From a virus: 64,000 nucleotides of DNA. A model generated the notes under the pieces. That model was not told where the DNA came from, made no database searches, and was given only the letters and a program-made list of their open reading frames with translations. The translations under genes and the position numbers were made by a program. Shown here in pieces: positions 18,574-28,528 of the stretch. The stretch covers positions 1-64,000 of IMG/VR virus record IMGVR_UViG_3300048687_000113; one strand, written 5' to 3'. Each line of letters begins with the position of its first letter. The first letter of the stretch is position 1.

Positions 18574-18939
18574 CTAGTCCCTGGGGCACCCCTCGTGCGG
18601 CTCCAGGCACGCGTGAACCCCGAGATGCGTGATCCCACCCGGCTGACGCGCGCCCAGCGCGATCGCGGCGGCCAGCGCCGACAACACACCCGTGGGCTTC
18701 TGCCCCTCCTTCTGATGCTCGAAGACGTCAGCCTTGTGCGCGATCAAGTCCTCCGACTCCTCGGCCACCTGCCTCAGCCGCTCCTCGGACTCGCCGGCCA
18801 GATCTGCGCTCCAGAAGGGCACGAGCCCCAGCAGGCCCCAGCGCACGTTGTCCCAGAAGTCGTCGTTGTCGACCACAGGGTCAGGCACGCACGTCACGTA
18901 CACGCGCGCTGCCGCCGCTTTCGTCAATTCCTTGGCCAC
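18574..18939 (-). CDS. Hypothetical protein
   Basis: AAGGAGG RBS, GTG start. Confidence 0.65.
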   Translation of the reverse strand: MAKELTKAAAARVYVTCVPDPVVDNDDFWDNVRWGLLGLVPFWSADLAGESEERLRQVAEESEDLIAHKADVFEHQKEGQKPTGVLSALAAAIALGARQPGGITHLGVHACLEPHEGCPRD

Positions 18940-18968
18940 AGGCCCCTCCTTATTGATTCCGGGCATGC

Positions 18969-18998
18969 AAAAAGCCCCGGCCTCAAGAGACCGGGGCT
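18969..18998 (-). terminator. Intrinsic terminator
   Basis: AGCCCCGG/CCGGGGCT stem with T-tract on minus strand. Confidence 0.7.
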
Positions 18999-19018
18999 CG
19001 AATAAGTGGGGGTGAGGG

Positions 19019-19651
19019 CTACTCCCAGACGATGTGCGTCGGCGACTCGGGTGCGCTCCCGCCCTTGCATAGATACGTGCCGTACGTGTCCTTCACGCAC
19101 CGGCCTGACTCGTCGAACACCAAGCCATCACCGCACTGCCGGCACATCCCCGCCGATCCACCCGGCACACCGGGCGCCACCAGCGGGACGGGGAACATGC
19201 CAGCCATGTCCGCCTCATCCAACGGACGCCAGCCGTTGGAATAGAGACTGGCGGTCATCACGAGCAGGCGGGCGTCGTCGTACTCATCGGCTTCGATGCG
19301 AACCCCGCCAGCGTCGACCTCGACGACCGTGAAGCCCTCCGAGTAGCCGGCCTCGCCCAGCTCCCGAACACAGCGGCGCTCCAACTCCGTGCCGGCAGCC
19401 GTCAACGCCTCCGGCTGCTCGGCACCGACCACGTCTCGGCCGGCCCGAGTGATGAACGAATCGAGAGGGCCGTGCCGGTGCCCAGGCCCGATCCGGTGCC
19501 CGCAAGAGTCACGCCCGACCGCCAGGCCGGCGTCTCGCAGTGAGAGGGTCGTGGCCACCGGCGTCCCGCTCGGAAACCGGCCCAGCCGATCCGCCGCAGC
19601 GGCTTGCAAGGCCCGCAACTGCGCGGGCGAGACCTTCCGCGTTTTAGCCAC
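19019..19651 (-). CDS. Hypothetical protein
   Basis: ORF with RBS; C-terminal CxxC. Confidence 0.65.
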   Translation of the reverse strand: MAKTRKVSPAQLRALQAAAADRLGRFPSGTPVATTLSLRDAGLAVGRDSCGHRIGPGHRHGPLDSFITRAGRDVVGAEQPEALTAAGTELERRCVRELGEAGYSEGFTVVEVDAGGVRIEADEYDDARLLVMTASLYSNGWRPLDEADMAGMFPVPLVAPGVPGGSAGMCRQCGDGLVFDESGRCVKDTYGTYLCKGGSAPESPTHIVWE

Positions 19652-19940
19652 GGCCTCCGGCCCCCTTCAGTGTCTCCAGGTACCGGTCAGCCATCTCGTA
19701 CGGCATCTCACCCGAGATAAGCCACATCGACTCCGGATCATGGTCCTGGACGTACGCCGCCGCCTCCGCCGGGTTCGGCCGGCTCGGCACCGACCACACC
19801 GCGAAGATGTCACCCGTCCAGGACCCAATCCGGTTCACCGCGTCCTCGACCTTCACGGCCACCTTTATCTCGTCGGTGACCACCAGCTCGTCCCCGCCGG
19901 ACTTCTGCGCCACCTTTGCCACGATGTGGTGGATGGTCAT
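19644..19940 (-). CDS. Hypothetical protein
   Basis: GGAGG RBS. Confidence 0.65.
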   Translation of the reverse strand: MTIHHIVAKVAQKSGGDELVVTDEIKVAVKVEDAVNRIGSWTGDIFAVWSVPSRPNPAEAAAYVQDHDPESMWLISGEMPYEMADRYLETLKGAGGRG

Positions 19941-20076
19941 GCTGTCCTCCCCTTCCTATCGCCAGCGTGTGCCGACTGCTCGGTCCCACATGCCTCCACC
20001 CCTCTGACTGAAGGCATGGAGTACTTCCAAAAGCCCCCGCTCCCGAAGGAATGAGGGGCCCGCCTCGACGGTTTAC

Positions 20077-20934
20077 TTACTCGCCGTGCTTCCAGCGACG
20101 GTCGAGGAGGTCTGCTTCCTCGTTCAGGACAGTCACCCGCGCGTTTCGGTTGAACTCATTCAGGTCGGTGCTCCGTCCAACTTCAGCAGCCCGTCGGCGG
20201 AGGTACTGCGCAATGAACTCGTCCCAGTCGGACTCCTCCTGAGCGGTCGCCGCCTCCCGCAGAGTGCGCTCCGCGTCAGCAGCCTCCCTCTCAAGCTGCA
20301 CACTCAGCGCGTCCGTGTCGGACTCGCAGTCGTTCTCGATCAGCTCGGCAACCCGGTCAGCCGCGTACCGCTTGTTGCCGATCTCTCGCGACGCCAGGCA
20401 CTCGCCGCCCGGCGGGTCGAGGGCCTCCTCCCCGAGCGGCAACAAGTCCTCCAGCCACCGCTTGGCCTGCCGAGTACCGCTGCGCTGAAGAATGGAACGC
20501 AGCGCCCGCACATCCTCCAGCCCCGCGTACAGGGTGAAATGCCCCTGGGCCGCGAAGTGGACCCTCATACCGTTGTCCCACTCGGTCAGCAGCGGAAGGA
20601 TCTGCGCCATCAGCTTCTCTGTCGGATTGGTGGTGCCCTGCGGGAGATAGTGCAGCTCGGTGTCCGTCTCCATCAGCGCGTCGAAGAACTCCCCAACCAG
20701 TACCGAACTGTGCGGCAGCACCTCCCGGCCGCGCAGCAGCACTTCGTGCACCAGCCCCGCCGAGATCTCAGCGACAAGAGCCTTGAAATCCGCCCGGCCC
20801 TCCCCCGTGTCCACGAACCACCGGTCGGGCTCGCGGCCGTCGCAGCACGAGATGATCGTCTCCTTCTCGCTGGCCACTTCCTGCGAGAAGACCGCCCCCA
20901 GGTACGCCGCCGTATAGCGCTTACTCACCCTCAT
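20077..20934 (-). CDS. Hypothetical protein
   Basis: 285-aa ORF coupled to the upstream gene. Confidence 0.7.
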   Translation of the reverse strand: MRVSKRYTAAYLGAVFSQEVASEKETIISCCDGREPDRWFVDTGEGRADFKALVAEISAGLVHEVLLRGREVLPHSSVLVGEFFDALMETDTELHYLPQGTTNPTEKLMAQILPLLTEWDNGMRVHFAAQGHFTLYAGLEDVRALRSILQRSGTRQAKRWLEDLLPLGEEALDPPGGECLASREIGNKRYAADRVAELIENDCESDTDALSVQLEREAADAERTLREAATAQEESDWDEFIAQYLRRRAAEVGRSTDLNEFNRNARVTVLNEEADLLDRRWKHGE

Positions 20935-21388
20935 ACACCTCGTAATCGTGTTTTTCCTCGGTGCCGGCGAACGTCAGAAGCGTCAACGGCCTACCCCAGT
21001 GCTCCGCCAGCTCTGCCCGGAACCCCGGCCTGTACGCTGTCGCGGCCACAACCAGGTGGTCACCCTCCGGGCCCACCAGTTCCATGAACGGGCTGCCGTC
21101 CCCCGGCCCCAGTTCCTGCGGCATGACCACGAACGCCCAACGCGGTCGCGCCGTGACGTAGATGCGGTGCGCGTAGTTACCCACGCCCTCCTCGATCGTC
21201 TCGCGCTTCCCCAGACGGCGATGGACGTTTGCCAGCAGGCCCGCCCTCACCGCCATCAGCGGCGCTTCCCCCTCCATGAACCGGCTCGCGACATTCACGA
21301 AGGCGCCCATCGCGGCTTCATCACCCTGAAGGCTCCGCACGGCCTCTACTGACACCGGCACAAAGCCCGTGTACGGCTCACTCGCCAC
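20921..21388 (-). CDS. Hypothetical protein
   Basis: GTG start with RBS. Confidence 0.65.
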   Translation of the reverse strand: MASEPYTGFVPVSVEAVRSLQGDEAAMGAFVNVASRFMEGEAPLMAVRAGLLANVHRRLGKRETIEEGVGNYAHRIYVTARPRWAFVVMPQELGPGDGSPFMELVGPEGDHLVVAATAYRPGFRAELAEHWGRPLTLLTFAGTEEKHDYEVYEGE

Positions 21389-22208
21389 TTCCCTGCTCCT
21401 CTTCTTCCTTTGAAGCGCTGGGGGCGTGGTACATCTGCGCCAGCTCATCGCCCGATGCGGCTGCCGCCTCCCGCTCCAGACGCTTTTTGACCTCGTCCAT
21501 CTCATCTGACCGACGCCAACTCGCGGTCTTGAAGTCGGTCAGAATCCACCACTCGGTGCCTTTGTCCTCATCCGGGCTGGGCGCTGACGCCAGCTCGAAC
21601 GCGTGCCCGTTGCCCTTCAAGAACGCGGTCGCAAGCATGACGTCCGCGTAGGTGACGCCTTCGCCGTCCAGCACGTACGCCATCTTCCAGTGGGAGTCGA
21701 CGTCGGCCATCGGACCGGGCTTGTCGGGGTCGTACGTCTCCAGCACGTTCTTGAAGTGCTCGAAGTCGAAACCGAACGACGTGCCCACCAGAAAGTTGAA
21801 GTCCCGCTCTGTGATCGTCATCGGAACGGTCACCGGCGGTGCCGGCTCCGGCATCGGAACAGCCGCCACCTCCGGTCGCACCGGCGCGGGTTCGCTCAGC
21901 GTGATCAGCGCCTTGCCCGCCAACGCCTCGTCCAGCGCCTCGGCGAACCCCTCCTCGAACTCCGGCGCGGACACGATCCAGTGCACCTGATCCGTCAGCC
22001 CGAACTCCGATGCCATACGCGGCACATCCGCGACCGTCATGGGGTGCCCGTAGTAGAACGCGACCACCACAGTCTTGTCGGGCGCCGCGTAAAGAAGCAC
22101 CTTCGCATGCGCATGATCCCGCCAGTGCAGGTCCAACTCGTCGTCAAGCAGCAGCTCCTCGAAGTCCGCGCGTGCCCCCCGCACAAAGTGCACCCTGGGC
22201 GTGATCAT
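21378..22208 (-). CDS. Hypothetical protein
   Basis: AAGGAGG RBS; acidic two-domain ORF. Confidence 0.7.
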   Translation of the reverse strand: MITPRVHFVRGARADFEELLLDDELDLHWRDHAHAKVLLYAAPDKTVVVAFYYGHPMTVADVPRMASEFGLTDQVHWIVSAPEFEEGFAEALDEALAGKALITLSEPAPVRPEVAAVPMPEPAPPVTVPMTITERDFNFLVGTSFGFDFEHFKNVLETYDPDKPGPMADVDSHWKMAYVLDGEGVTYADVMLATAFLKGNGHAFELASAPSPDEDKGTEWWILTDFKTASWRRSDEMDEVKKRLEREAAAASGDELAQMYHAPSASKEEEEQGSGE

Positions 22209-22311
22209 GAAAATCCCTCCTTGCCGCATGCGCTTCGCAAAGGCTAGGCGCCACCACTGACAAAGGCCCCCATCTCCCGCAGGAGACAGAGGCCCATTCA
22301 CCACGGCCGGC

Positions 22312-22629
22312 CTATCCGAACCGCGAGTCTTTGTCCTGCGCAACGTCGGCGCAGCCCTGCACCCAGTCGGCGCGCACGATCTCCTCGCCGCCGTACATCC
22401 GGGAGAGCTTGCCGTACAGGCCGTCGCACTCCGCTTCGATCTCGTCGCGGCTGCCGTGCAGGTAGATCGCCGCCCCGCCGAAGGCGTCCCTGTAGCCGAG
22501 CGTGTAGCTGCGCTTGTCGAGGCCGCCCGTGTCCGGCCCGCCGTGCGATGCGGCGAAGGCGATGCCTATGCCGGCGAGCACCACGCCCACGACGACACCG
22601 ATAACGATCTGCCGTAACTGCGCACTCAT
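22312..22629 (-). CDS. Membrane-anchored or secreted protein
   Basis: N-terminal TM helix; two Cys. Confidence 0.65.
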   Translation of the reverse strand: MSAQLRQIVIGVVVGVVLAGIGIAFAASHGGPDTGGLDKRSYTLGYRDAFGGAAIYLHGSRDEIEAECDGLYGKLSRMYGGEEIVRADWVQGCADVAQDKDSRFG

Positions 22630-22695
22630 TTCCCCTCCCATATAGGCATTTTCAGAAATAAATACGACAACCCATTTGGCCGCTGGCGTCAAAAA

Positions 22696-22893
22696 ATGCG
22701 CCCGGTGAAAGTCGATGGCATGCTCAGCCACCACCACTCACCGGGCGCATCTACCCCACCAACCGAGGACGAATGCTGGGTCGCCTTCTGGGACATCATC
22801 GGCCGCATCGCACACCGTGTCTGGCTGGAGGATCACCCCGCCAGCGACACCTCCGCCGAAGCCTCCGGACGCTTGCGCCGCCGATCAAAGTAA
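22696..22893 (+). CDS. Small ORF convergent with the serine recombinase (possible directionality factor)
   Basis: Only plausible + strand ORF in the block; function is inference. Confidence 0.4.
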   Translation: MRPVKVDGMLSHHHSPGASTPPTEDECWVAFWDIIGRIAHRVWLEDHPASDTSAEASGRLRRRSK

Positions 22894-24554
22894 CGCTCCG
22901 ACGCCGGGGCCCACTTCGGCACGACCCTGGCTACGCGTCCTGAGCCCACGCCACCCGGCCCGTCTTCGACACGAATATGGTCGACCACCTTCTTTGCCGC
23001 CATCTGCCGCTCCTCCACCGTGGCACGCTGCCACACAGCAGAGAGCCCCTGGAACTCCTCCGCCGGCGGCACCACGTGCGCGGAGACCTCGGCCTTTAGG
23101 CGCTTCACTTCGGCCTCAAGATCCGCGAGTTCGAAGTTCACCTTCTCCATGCGCACCTTGGCCTCTTCGATCGACGTCAAGCCTGCCTCGTACCCCTCGT
23201 TGATCCGGGCCTTCCGCTGCTTCAGCGCATTAATCAGCGCCTCGGTCTTCGGGATACTCGACTCTGCCTTCTTCACCTCGGCGGCACGCTCCATGCTCCC
23301 CTGTGCCAGGTGCTCGCCCTTCGCGCAGCCGAAGAGCCAGGCTTCGAAAGCCTTCCGGACCCGGTTCAGGTCCATGGAAGCCGTCTTTCCACTGGCGTGC
23401 TTCTCGCTCCGGTCGCACCGGAACAGCTTCAACACCGGGTACCGCGTGCCGTCGCTCTTCTTCGTGCCACCCCCGTTTACGACGGTCATGATCTCGAAGC
23501 AGACAGAACCGTCATGGCAGATCTGCCCGCACCGCGCCAATGACGAGAGGTCGTAAGACGGCTTGCGTGTACGCGTCTTGGGCGACGTCTGCTTCAGTCG
23601 CCGTTCTACGTACGCGTCCCACAGGTCCATCCCGATGAGCGCCTCGTGTGCGGCGTCCGCCCAGATGTCGTATTCCGCCGGGGAGGTGGACGAAGGTTTT
23701 CCGCCTTCGCTACGCGTCCTCAAGAGCCCTGCGGCGAACCCGGAATCCAGAACGGTCCTCCACTGGTTTTCACGCATGATGGCGCCACGGGCAGACCTCA
23801 GACCGTCACGGTAGGCGTCCTCCGCGATTCGCCAGAGGGTGGCACCTTCGGCCCACATTGTGTACGCCTTCACGTACCAGTCGGACCGGAAGACGCTGGG
23901 AGGCTCCTCGTAGGGGAAGTCCTTGTCCGGGATGAGGATTCCGCCGCACTTGTTGGCGCAGTAGTAGAACCTCTCCCCCGGCCTCTTCTCGCACCCGGGG
24001 CAGCGGACGTACCCAAATCGTGGAGTTCCGCTGTGCGGCAGCCCTTCGCGGAAGCGGCGGGCGTGGGCTGTCATCCAGCTCGCGCGGATGGTGTCGAGTT
24101 GGTATTCAGCGAGGCGCAGGAACTGGTCCCGCATGTACCGGCCGGCGGGTGTCGTTGCGTCAATGTCCTGTGTGGCGGAGAGGAGTTCGCCACCTGCACG
24201 GGTCAACTCGTTGATGTAGTGGAGCGATCCCACCAGCGTGCGGCCGAAACGGCTGTATTCCCAGACGACGACGGCGTCAGCTTCTTTGTTCTTTACGCGC
24301 TCGATGCATTCGGAGATGCGGCGCTTAGCGAAGTCCGCGCCGGAGAGGTCGAGATCCTGTACAGGCTCTCCGACTATTTCGATCCCCTTCATCGCGCAGT
24401 AGGCCCGGCAGATGAGGGCCTGTTCGTCGTGGCTTTTCATGTTCTCGCGGGCCGTGGATACCCGGACGTAGACGATCGCCCGTCGAACGACTCTGCCGTT
24501 CGCGAGCGTGAGCGCGGGGCCCTTGTGGGCGGGGACGAGTAGGTCACTGTTCAC
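22833..24554 (-). CDS. Large serine recombinase (integrase)
   Basis: AIVYVRVS (catalytic Ser), DLDLSG, SRFGR, recombinase domain PRFGY, Zn-ribbon and coiled coil. Confidence 0.93.
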   Translation of the reverse strand: MNSDLLVPAHKGPALTLANGRVVRRAIVYVRVSTARENMKSHDEQALICRAYCAMKGIEIVGEPVQDLDLSGADFAKRRISECIERVKNKEADAVVVWEYSRFGRTLVGSLHYINELTRAGGELLSATQDIDATTPAGRYMRDQFLRLAEYQLDTIRASWMTAHARRFREGLPHSGTPRFGYVRCPGCEKRPGERFYYCANKCGGILIPDKDFPYEEPPSVFRSDWYVKAYTMWAEGATLWRIAEDAYRDGLRSARGAIMRENQWRTVLDSGFAAGLLRTRSEGGKPSSTSPAEYDIWADAAHEALIGMDLWDAYVERRLKQTSPKTRTRKPSYDLSSLARCGQICHDGSVCFEIMTVVNGGGTKKSDGTRYPVLKLFRCDRSEKHASGKTASMDLNRVRKAFEAWLFGCAKGEHLAQGSMERAAEVKKAESSIPKTEALINALKQRKARINEGYEAGLTSIEEAKVRMEKVNFELADLEAEVKRLKAEVSAHVVPPAEEFQGLSAVWQRATVEERQMAAKKVVDHIRVEDGPGGVGSGRVARVVPKWAPASERYFDRRRKRPEASAEVSLAG

Positions 24555-24564
24555 CGGTGTGCTC

Positions 24565-25062
24565 CTAAGCGGCTAGCGCGACCGACGTGCGGCTAGCCCC
24601 CAGGTTCTGCCACCTGAGCAGGGCGTATGTACCGCTGCCCGAGTGGTATGTGTGAAGTATGGTCGGTGAACACAGGCTATACGAACCTGATACGAGGGCA
24701 CCATCCTCGACCTGACCTGCACTGATGCCGCTGCCGGTGTCCTCGAAGCGCGCCGGAACAGGCGGCCCGGCATGCGGAACGGCAGCCTCACGGGCCAGCT
24801 TCTCGTCGAGCAGCGGAAGGCCACAGGCGATGCGCAGGGCGTCCGCTTCGAGGTCTTCCTTGTCGCCCAGGAGCGTCTCCACGTAGGCGAGGAGCGCGGG
24901 CGTCATGGCGACGTAGGTGACGCCACTGGCGGGCTCTTGAAGCTCCTCTGGGACGGGGAGTCCTTGTTCGACGCGGGCAGCGCGCATGCGTTGCTGAAAC
25001 CGTTCTGCGGCTGGCTTGCGCTTGTCGTCACGCAGGGCCTTTTCGACCGGCGACAGCTCCAT
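24565..25062 (-). CDS. Hypothetical protein ending in an ssrA-like tag (VALAA)
   Basis: Stop overlaps the integrase RBS; low-GC3 C-terminal tail. Confidence 0.6.
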   Translation of the reverse strand: MELSPVEKALRDDKRKPAAERFQQRMRAARVEQGLPVPEELQEPASGVTYVAMTPALLAYVETLLGDKEDLEADALRIACGLPLLDEKLAREAAVPHAGPPVPARFEDTGSGISAGQVEDGALVSGSYSLCSPTILHTYHSGSGTYALLRWQNLGASRTSVALAA

Positions 25063-25219
25063 ATCCCCACCCCTGGTTGTGGCTGCTCCAAGGGGGTGAG
25101 CGTATACGGCTGCGGCCGTGTCCAGTCGGCCAACGGGGCAACTTCGTTGGGCTTGGACATGGGAAACCCCCGGCGGCTGGGTCCAGGCTGCCGGGGGTGT
25201 TCAGGGGAGGGCGCGGGGT

Positions 25220-25900
25220 CTATGCCGCGCGGCGTTCGTTGGCCGTCTCCCGGTCCTTCTTGCTGGCCGCCGGCCAGTGCCTGCACTTGGTCTGGTGCGC
25301 ACGCCGGGCGTCCTCGCTGAGAAATCCGTAGCCGCCATTTTGGGCGCACACCGCGTGGTCGACGCAGAAGTGGGTGAACGTCTGGCCGTCTTGGAGTTCG
25401 AAGCCAATGTCCGGCCCGTCGTACGGTGTGCCGTCGTCTCGATTGTGCGATTTGCCGTGCTGCGTGCGGTTGCGCAGGTCGACGTAGTACGGGTCCGGGC
25501 TGCCGGCGCGGTGCTTTAGCGGGCAGATGACCTGAATTACATCGTCGCGCCAGGCTCCGCCCCTTACCCCCTTGCGTCGCTTGGGGGCGTTCTCGGGCTC
25601 CGGCGCCTGCTCGCTGGCGTTATCGGGGGCCAGTGCGAGTTGAGCATGGTCATTGCGGCGAGGGACGGGCTTTGTTTCGCGCGCCGAGCGCCGGAGTGCG
25701 TCTAGGACGTCCGGCTGGAGCCGTGGCAGAACGTCGTCGCGGCGGTGGTAGACCGTGTCGAAATACCAGCCGCACGGGTCGCACAGGTCGACTACCTTCC
25801 CGTCGCCAATTGAGCGTTCCTGCGTCGCCGGCACGCGGGGGGCCTCGGGGAGCGCTGCATGCCAGTCGCAGGTCGTGAGGTCAACGATCGCCTTTGCCAT
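25220..25900 (-). CDS. Protein with Lsr2-dimerisation-like N-terminus and Cys/His C-terminus
   Basis: MAKAIVDLTTCD..DGKVVDLCDPC resembles the Lsr2 N-domain. Confidence 0.55.
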   Translation of the reverse strand: MAKAIVDLTTCDWHAALPEAPRVPATQERSIGDGKVVDLCDPCGWYFDTVYHRRDDVLPRLQPDVLDALRRSARETKPVPRRNDHAQLALAPDNASEQAPEPENAPKRRKGVRGGAWRDDVIQVICPLKHRAGSPDPYYVDLRNRTQHGKSHNRDDGTPYDGPDIGFELQDGQTFTHFCVDHAVCAQNGGYGFLSEDARRAHQTKCRHWPAASKKDRETANERRAA

Positions 25901-26355
25901 CAGGCGGCGCCCCTGCGCGCCGACTTGCTCTTCGCGCTGCGCAGCGGGATGGGCGCTTCCCGGACTTCGTCCCACAGCGCGCCCAGGCTCAATTCGTGGC
26001 GGATGCTGATGCCTGTCTGCCGGACGCCGCGCGGGCTGGCGAGTGCCTCGTTGCGCTGGGTGTAGGCCCATTTCGTCCTGTCGACGGGGCCGCGACGCCC
26101 CATTGTCATCGTCGTGTGACGGAGCTGGTCGCAGCGCGCGCAGCGCTGGGTGATGTCGATGTAGACCGCGTTCTCCGGCTTGCGGACGCTGTGGTTGTTG
26201 GCGTTGAACCCATGCCAGTCGTAGGCGACCCACGCATGCTTGTCGGCGATGCATGCCTTGAGTTCGTCAGGGATCGACTCAACGTGGGCGTAGACCTCAG
26301 CGACGAAAGCTTCCACCGGTGACTCCTTGTGACGACCTAATTTCGTTCCGGTCAA
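25900..26355 (-). CDS. Hypothetical protein
   Basis: C..H.W and CARC motifs; coupled to the next gene. Confidence 0.6.
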   Translation of the reverse strand: MTGTKLGRHKESPVEAFVAEVYAHVESIPDELKACIADKHAWVAYDWHGFNANNHSVRKPENAVYIDITQRCARCDQLRHTTMTMGRRGPVDRTKWAYTQRNEALASPRGVRQTGISIRHELSLGALWDEVREAPIPLRSAKSKSARRGAA

Positions 26356-26408
26356 GCTATCGGTCGAAACCAGTCGTTAGGAACGCTGCGGTGAGAAATG
26401 TTTATGCA

Positions 26409-26424
26409 CCACTCGAACGGGTGA
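26409..26424. promoter_or_regulatory. BldM-box-like palindrome (one mismatch)
   Basis: CCACTCGAACGGGTGA vs consensus TCACcCgnncGgGTGA; intergenic. Confidence 0.5.
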
Positions 26425-26512
26425 ACCCGATCGGTCGCGGGTAGCTGCCCGCAGCCGTGTAGGCTGCGGGCTTCACAAACCGTCCACGAATTGTCCTGGC
26501 CTTAAACACGTG

Positions 26513-27451
26513 TTACTTCGTCGACTCGTTGCGCACTTTGTAGGCGTACTCGCCGAGCTTGGTCAGACACCAACCGTCCCGTGTACCCGGTGCTGCCTGA
26601 ATCATTTCCAGGTTTTCGAGCCGGATATCGCTCGTCGCGAGCCCCGAGATGTTGCCGTCCTTGTTCCTGGTGCCGGCGGCCATGCGCCCCAGGACGGCCA
26701 GGTTGAAGGGCGTGAGCAGCTCGATGCGCTCCACGAGGCTCAACTGCTCGACCTTGTGCCCGCTGGCTGTCCGCCCCTTCCAGGCGCGGGAGTCCTCGAA
26801 TCCCTCGTCGAGGTTTGAGTGCTGGGTGTTCGGCACGTAGTGCTCGCGTGCCTCCTTCTCGGCCGGGTCCGCTTCCTCTTCGCCGGCCGGTTCCTGTGTG
26901 GGTGTGGCGTCCTCGGTGCGGGTGGCGCTCAGTGGACGTCGCGGCGCTTCCGCCGCCTTCTCCCGGGCGGCCTTGAGCGCCTCCTGCACGTCGCTCTGCG
27001 GCACCGCGAACTCCGGCGTCCCCGGGTCGAGCCTGCCTTCCTGCTCATTGAGCAGGGCGTCGAGGCGGCTGCGGTCACCGAACTTGTCGAAGCTCCTGTA
27101 GGCGTCCTTGATTTTCTTCGGGATTCGACCGCGCGGAGGCACGTCCAGGCCCTGCTGTCGGGCCCAGGCGCGGGTGGCCTTGGGGTCAATTCCTCCCTGG
27201 TGCCGGTTGAGGGTGGCGCCCCGGCCGGCGGGCTCGGTCATCGCCCTGGCGGGGCGCTTGCTCTGACGCTTGATCGCCCTGCCTGCCCGCATGAACTCCG
27301 CGAGCTGGGTGCGGAGTTTGGTGTAGTTGTGGTCGCTGAGGTCGATCTCGTACTCGTCGCCGTCGAGGGAGAAGGTGTGGGTGCCGGCGGCTTCGGTTTC
27401 GCCGGTGGGGTCGAGGTCGTCGGTGAGGATGATGGTGATCTGCTGGGACAT
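26513..27451 (-). CDS. lsr2: Lsr2-family nucleoid protein with C-terminal extension
   Basis: LTDDLD..FSLDGDEYEIDLS..RAWARQQG..RGRIP. Confidence 0.9.
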   Translation of the reverse strand: MSQQITIILTDDLDPTGETEAAGTHTFSLDGDEYEIDLSDHNYTKLRTQLAEFMRAGRAIKRQSKRPARAMTEPAGRGATLNRHQGGIDPKATRAWARQQGLDVPPRGRIPKKIKDAYRSFDKFGDRSRLDALLNEQEGRLDPGTPEFAVPQSDVQEALKAAREKAAEAPRRPLSATRTEDATPTQEPAGEEEADPAEKEAREHYVPNTQHSNLDEGFEDSRAWKGRTASGHKVEQLSLVERIELLTPFNLAVLGRMAAGTRNKDGNISGLATSDIRLENLEMIQAAPGTRDGWCLTKLGEYAYKVRNESTK

Positions 27452-27475
27452 GGTGGGCTCCTGTTTCTGGGCATG

Positions 27476-27502
27476 AAAAAGACCCCGCCAGGAGGCGGGG
27501 TC
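27476..27502 (-). terminator. Intrinsic terminator between the lsr2 paralogues
   Basis: GACCCCGCC/GGCGGGGTC stem followed by TTTTT. Confidence 0.75.
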
Positions 27503-27569
27503 ATGTGGCTTTCTGATGAAGGTTGCTTGAGAGGCCTGTAAGCGGGGCGGATACGGGTTCCGTGCAGGA

Positions 27570-28301
27570 TCAGGCGGACAACGCAGGCTGTCGCAGGCGC
27601 ACCCAGGCGTGCCCAACTTCCGTTACGTGGAAAGAATCGTCGGCCTGTTCGTAACTCATGACGCCACGTCGGACGAGGGCTTCGTAGCTCCGTCGTTCGG
27701 ACGTGTCTTGCGCTGTGGCGGTTCCGTCCTCGGCACATGCTTCTCGCAGGAGTCTTTCCTGAGGGGCAGACAACTTTCCAACCTTGCGTGCGCAGCTTTC
27801 ATGCCGGGCCTCAACCGTATGTACTGCCTTGTTAATTGGGACAACCCTTGCCGGTTCGACCGGAGGAAGGCTTGGGTCAACGTTGGCCTTTTCCAGCAAG
27901 AGGTCAAGCCGCGTGCGGTCATTGTGCCGGGTGTGGTCCAACCAGGCTTTCCGTGTTGCGAGCGGGATGCGGCCGAGCGGCTTGACCGGCAGATGGTGGC
28001 GAGCACACCAGGCCCGGATGCTGGCTGCCTCCTCGCGCTGCTGAGCCTGCGTCAGGGGCGGCGGCGTCGCGTCTGCGTCCACCGGCACTGTGGCGGCGGG
28101 GACTCCCTTGGCTGCGATGTTGTCCGGCGCGGCCGGCCGGCTTGCCGTCATGTACGGCTCCAGCAGCTCCCTGAATTTCGCCGCATTCTCGTTCGACAGT
28201 TCGATTTCGCGAGGCTTTCCGTCCAGCGCAAACGTCACGGTCTCGTCTGCTTCACCCCCGTCCAGATCATCGACAAGTCGAACCTTCACCCTCTGCGCCA
28301 T
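27570..28301 (-). CDS. lsr2: Lsr2-family protein, LGR variant, with C-terminal extension
   Basis: MAQRVKVRLVDDLDGGEADETVTFALDG..IRAW..LGRIP. Confidence 0.9.
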   Translation of the reverse strand: MAQRVKVRLVDDLDGGEADETVTFALDGKPREIELSNENAAKFRELLEPYMTASRPAAPDNIAAKGVPAATVPVDADATPPPLTQAQQREEAASIRAWCARHHLPVKPLGRIPLATRKAWLDHTRHNDRTRLDLLLEKANVDPSLPPVEPARVVPINKAVHTVEARHESCARKVGKLSAPQERLLREACAEDGTATAQDTSERRSYEALVRRGVMSYEQADDSFHVTEVGHAWVRLRQPALSA

Positions 28302-28528
28302 GTCTCTTCCTCCAAGGCGAACGACTTTATGCCTAGGACGGAACTGTAGCCTCCAGAGGGCGGCGACCCCTTGGGATGAAGCGTTCTTGAGGTTTTTTAG
28401 CGCCCAGGCGTGTAAACGGATGACCTGGAGGTTTGGCTGCATATGCCAAGGCGCCGGGCGCACCTCTGGCACACGCTGGCGCATTTCCTGCTAAGCACTC
28501 GTCAAGGGCGTTGGCAAATACGCTGGCG

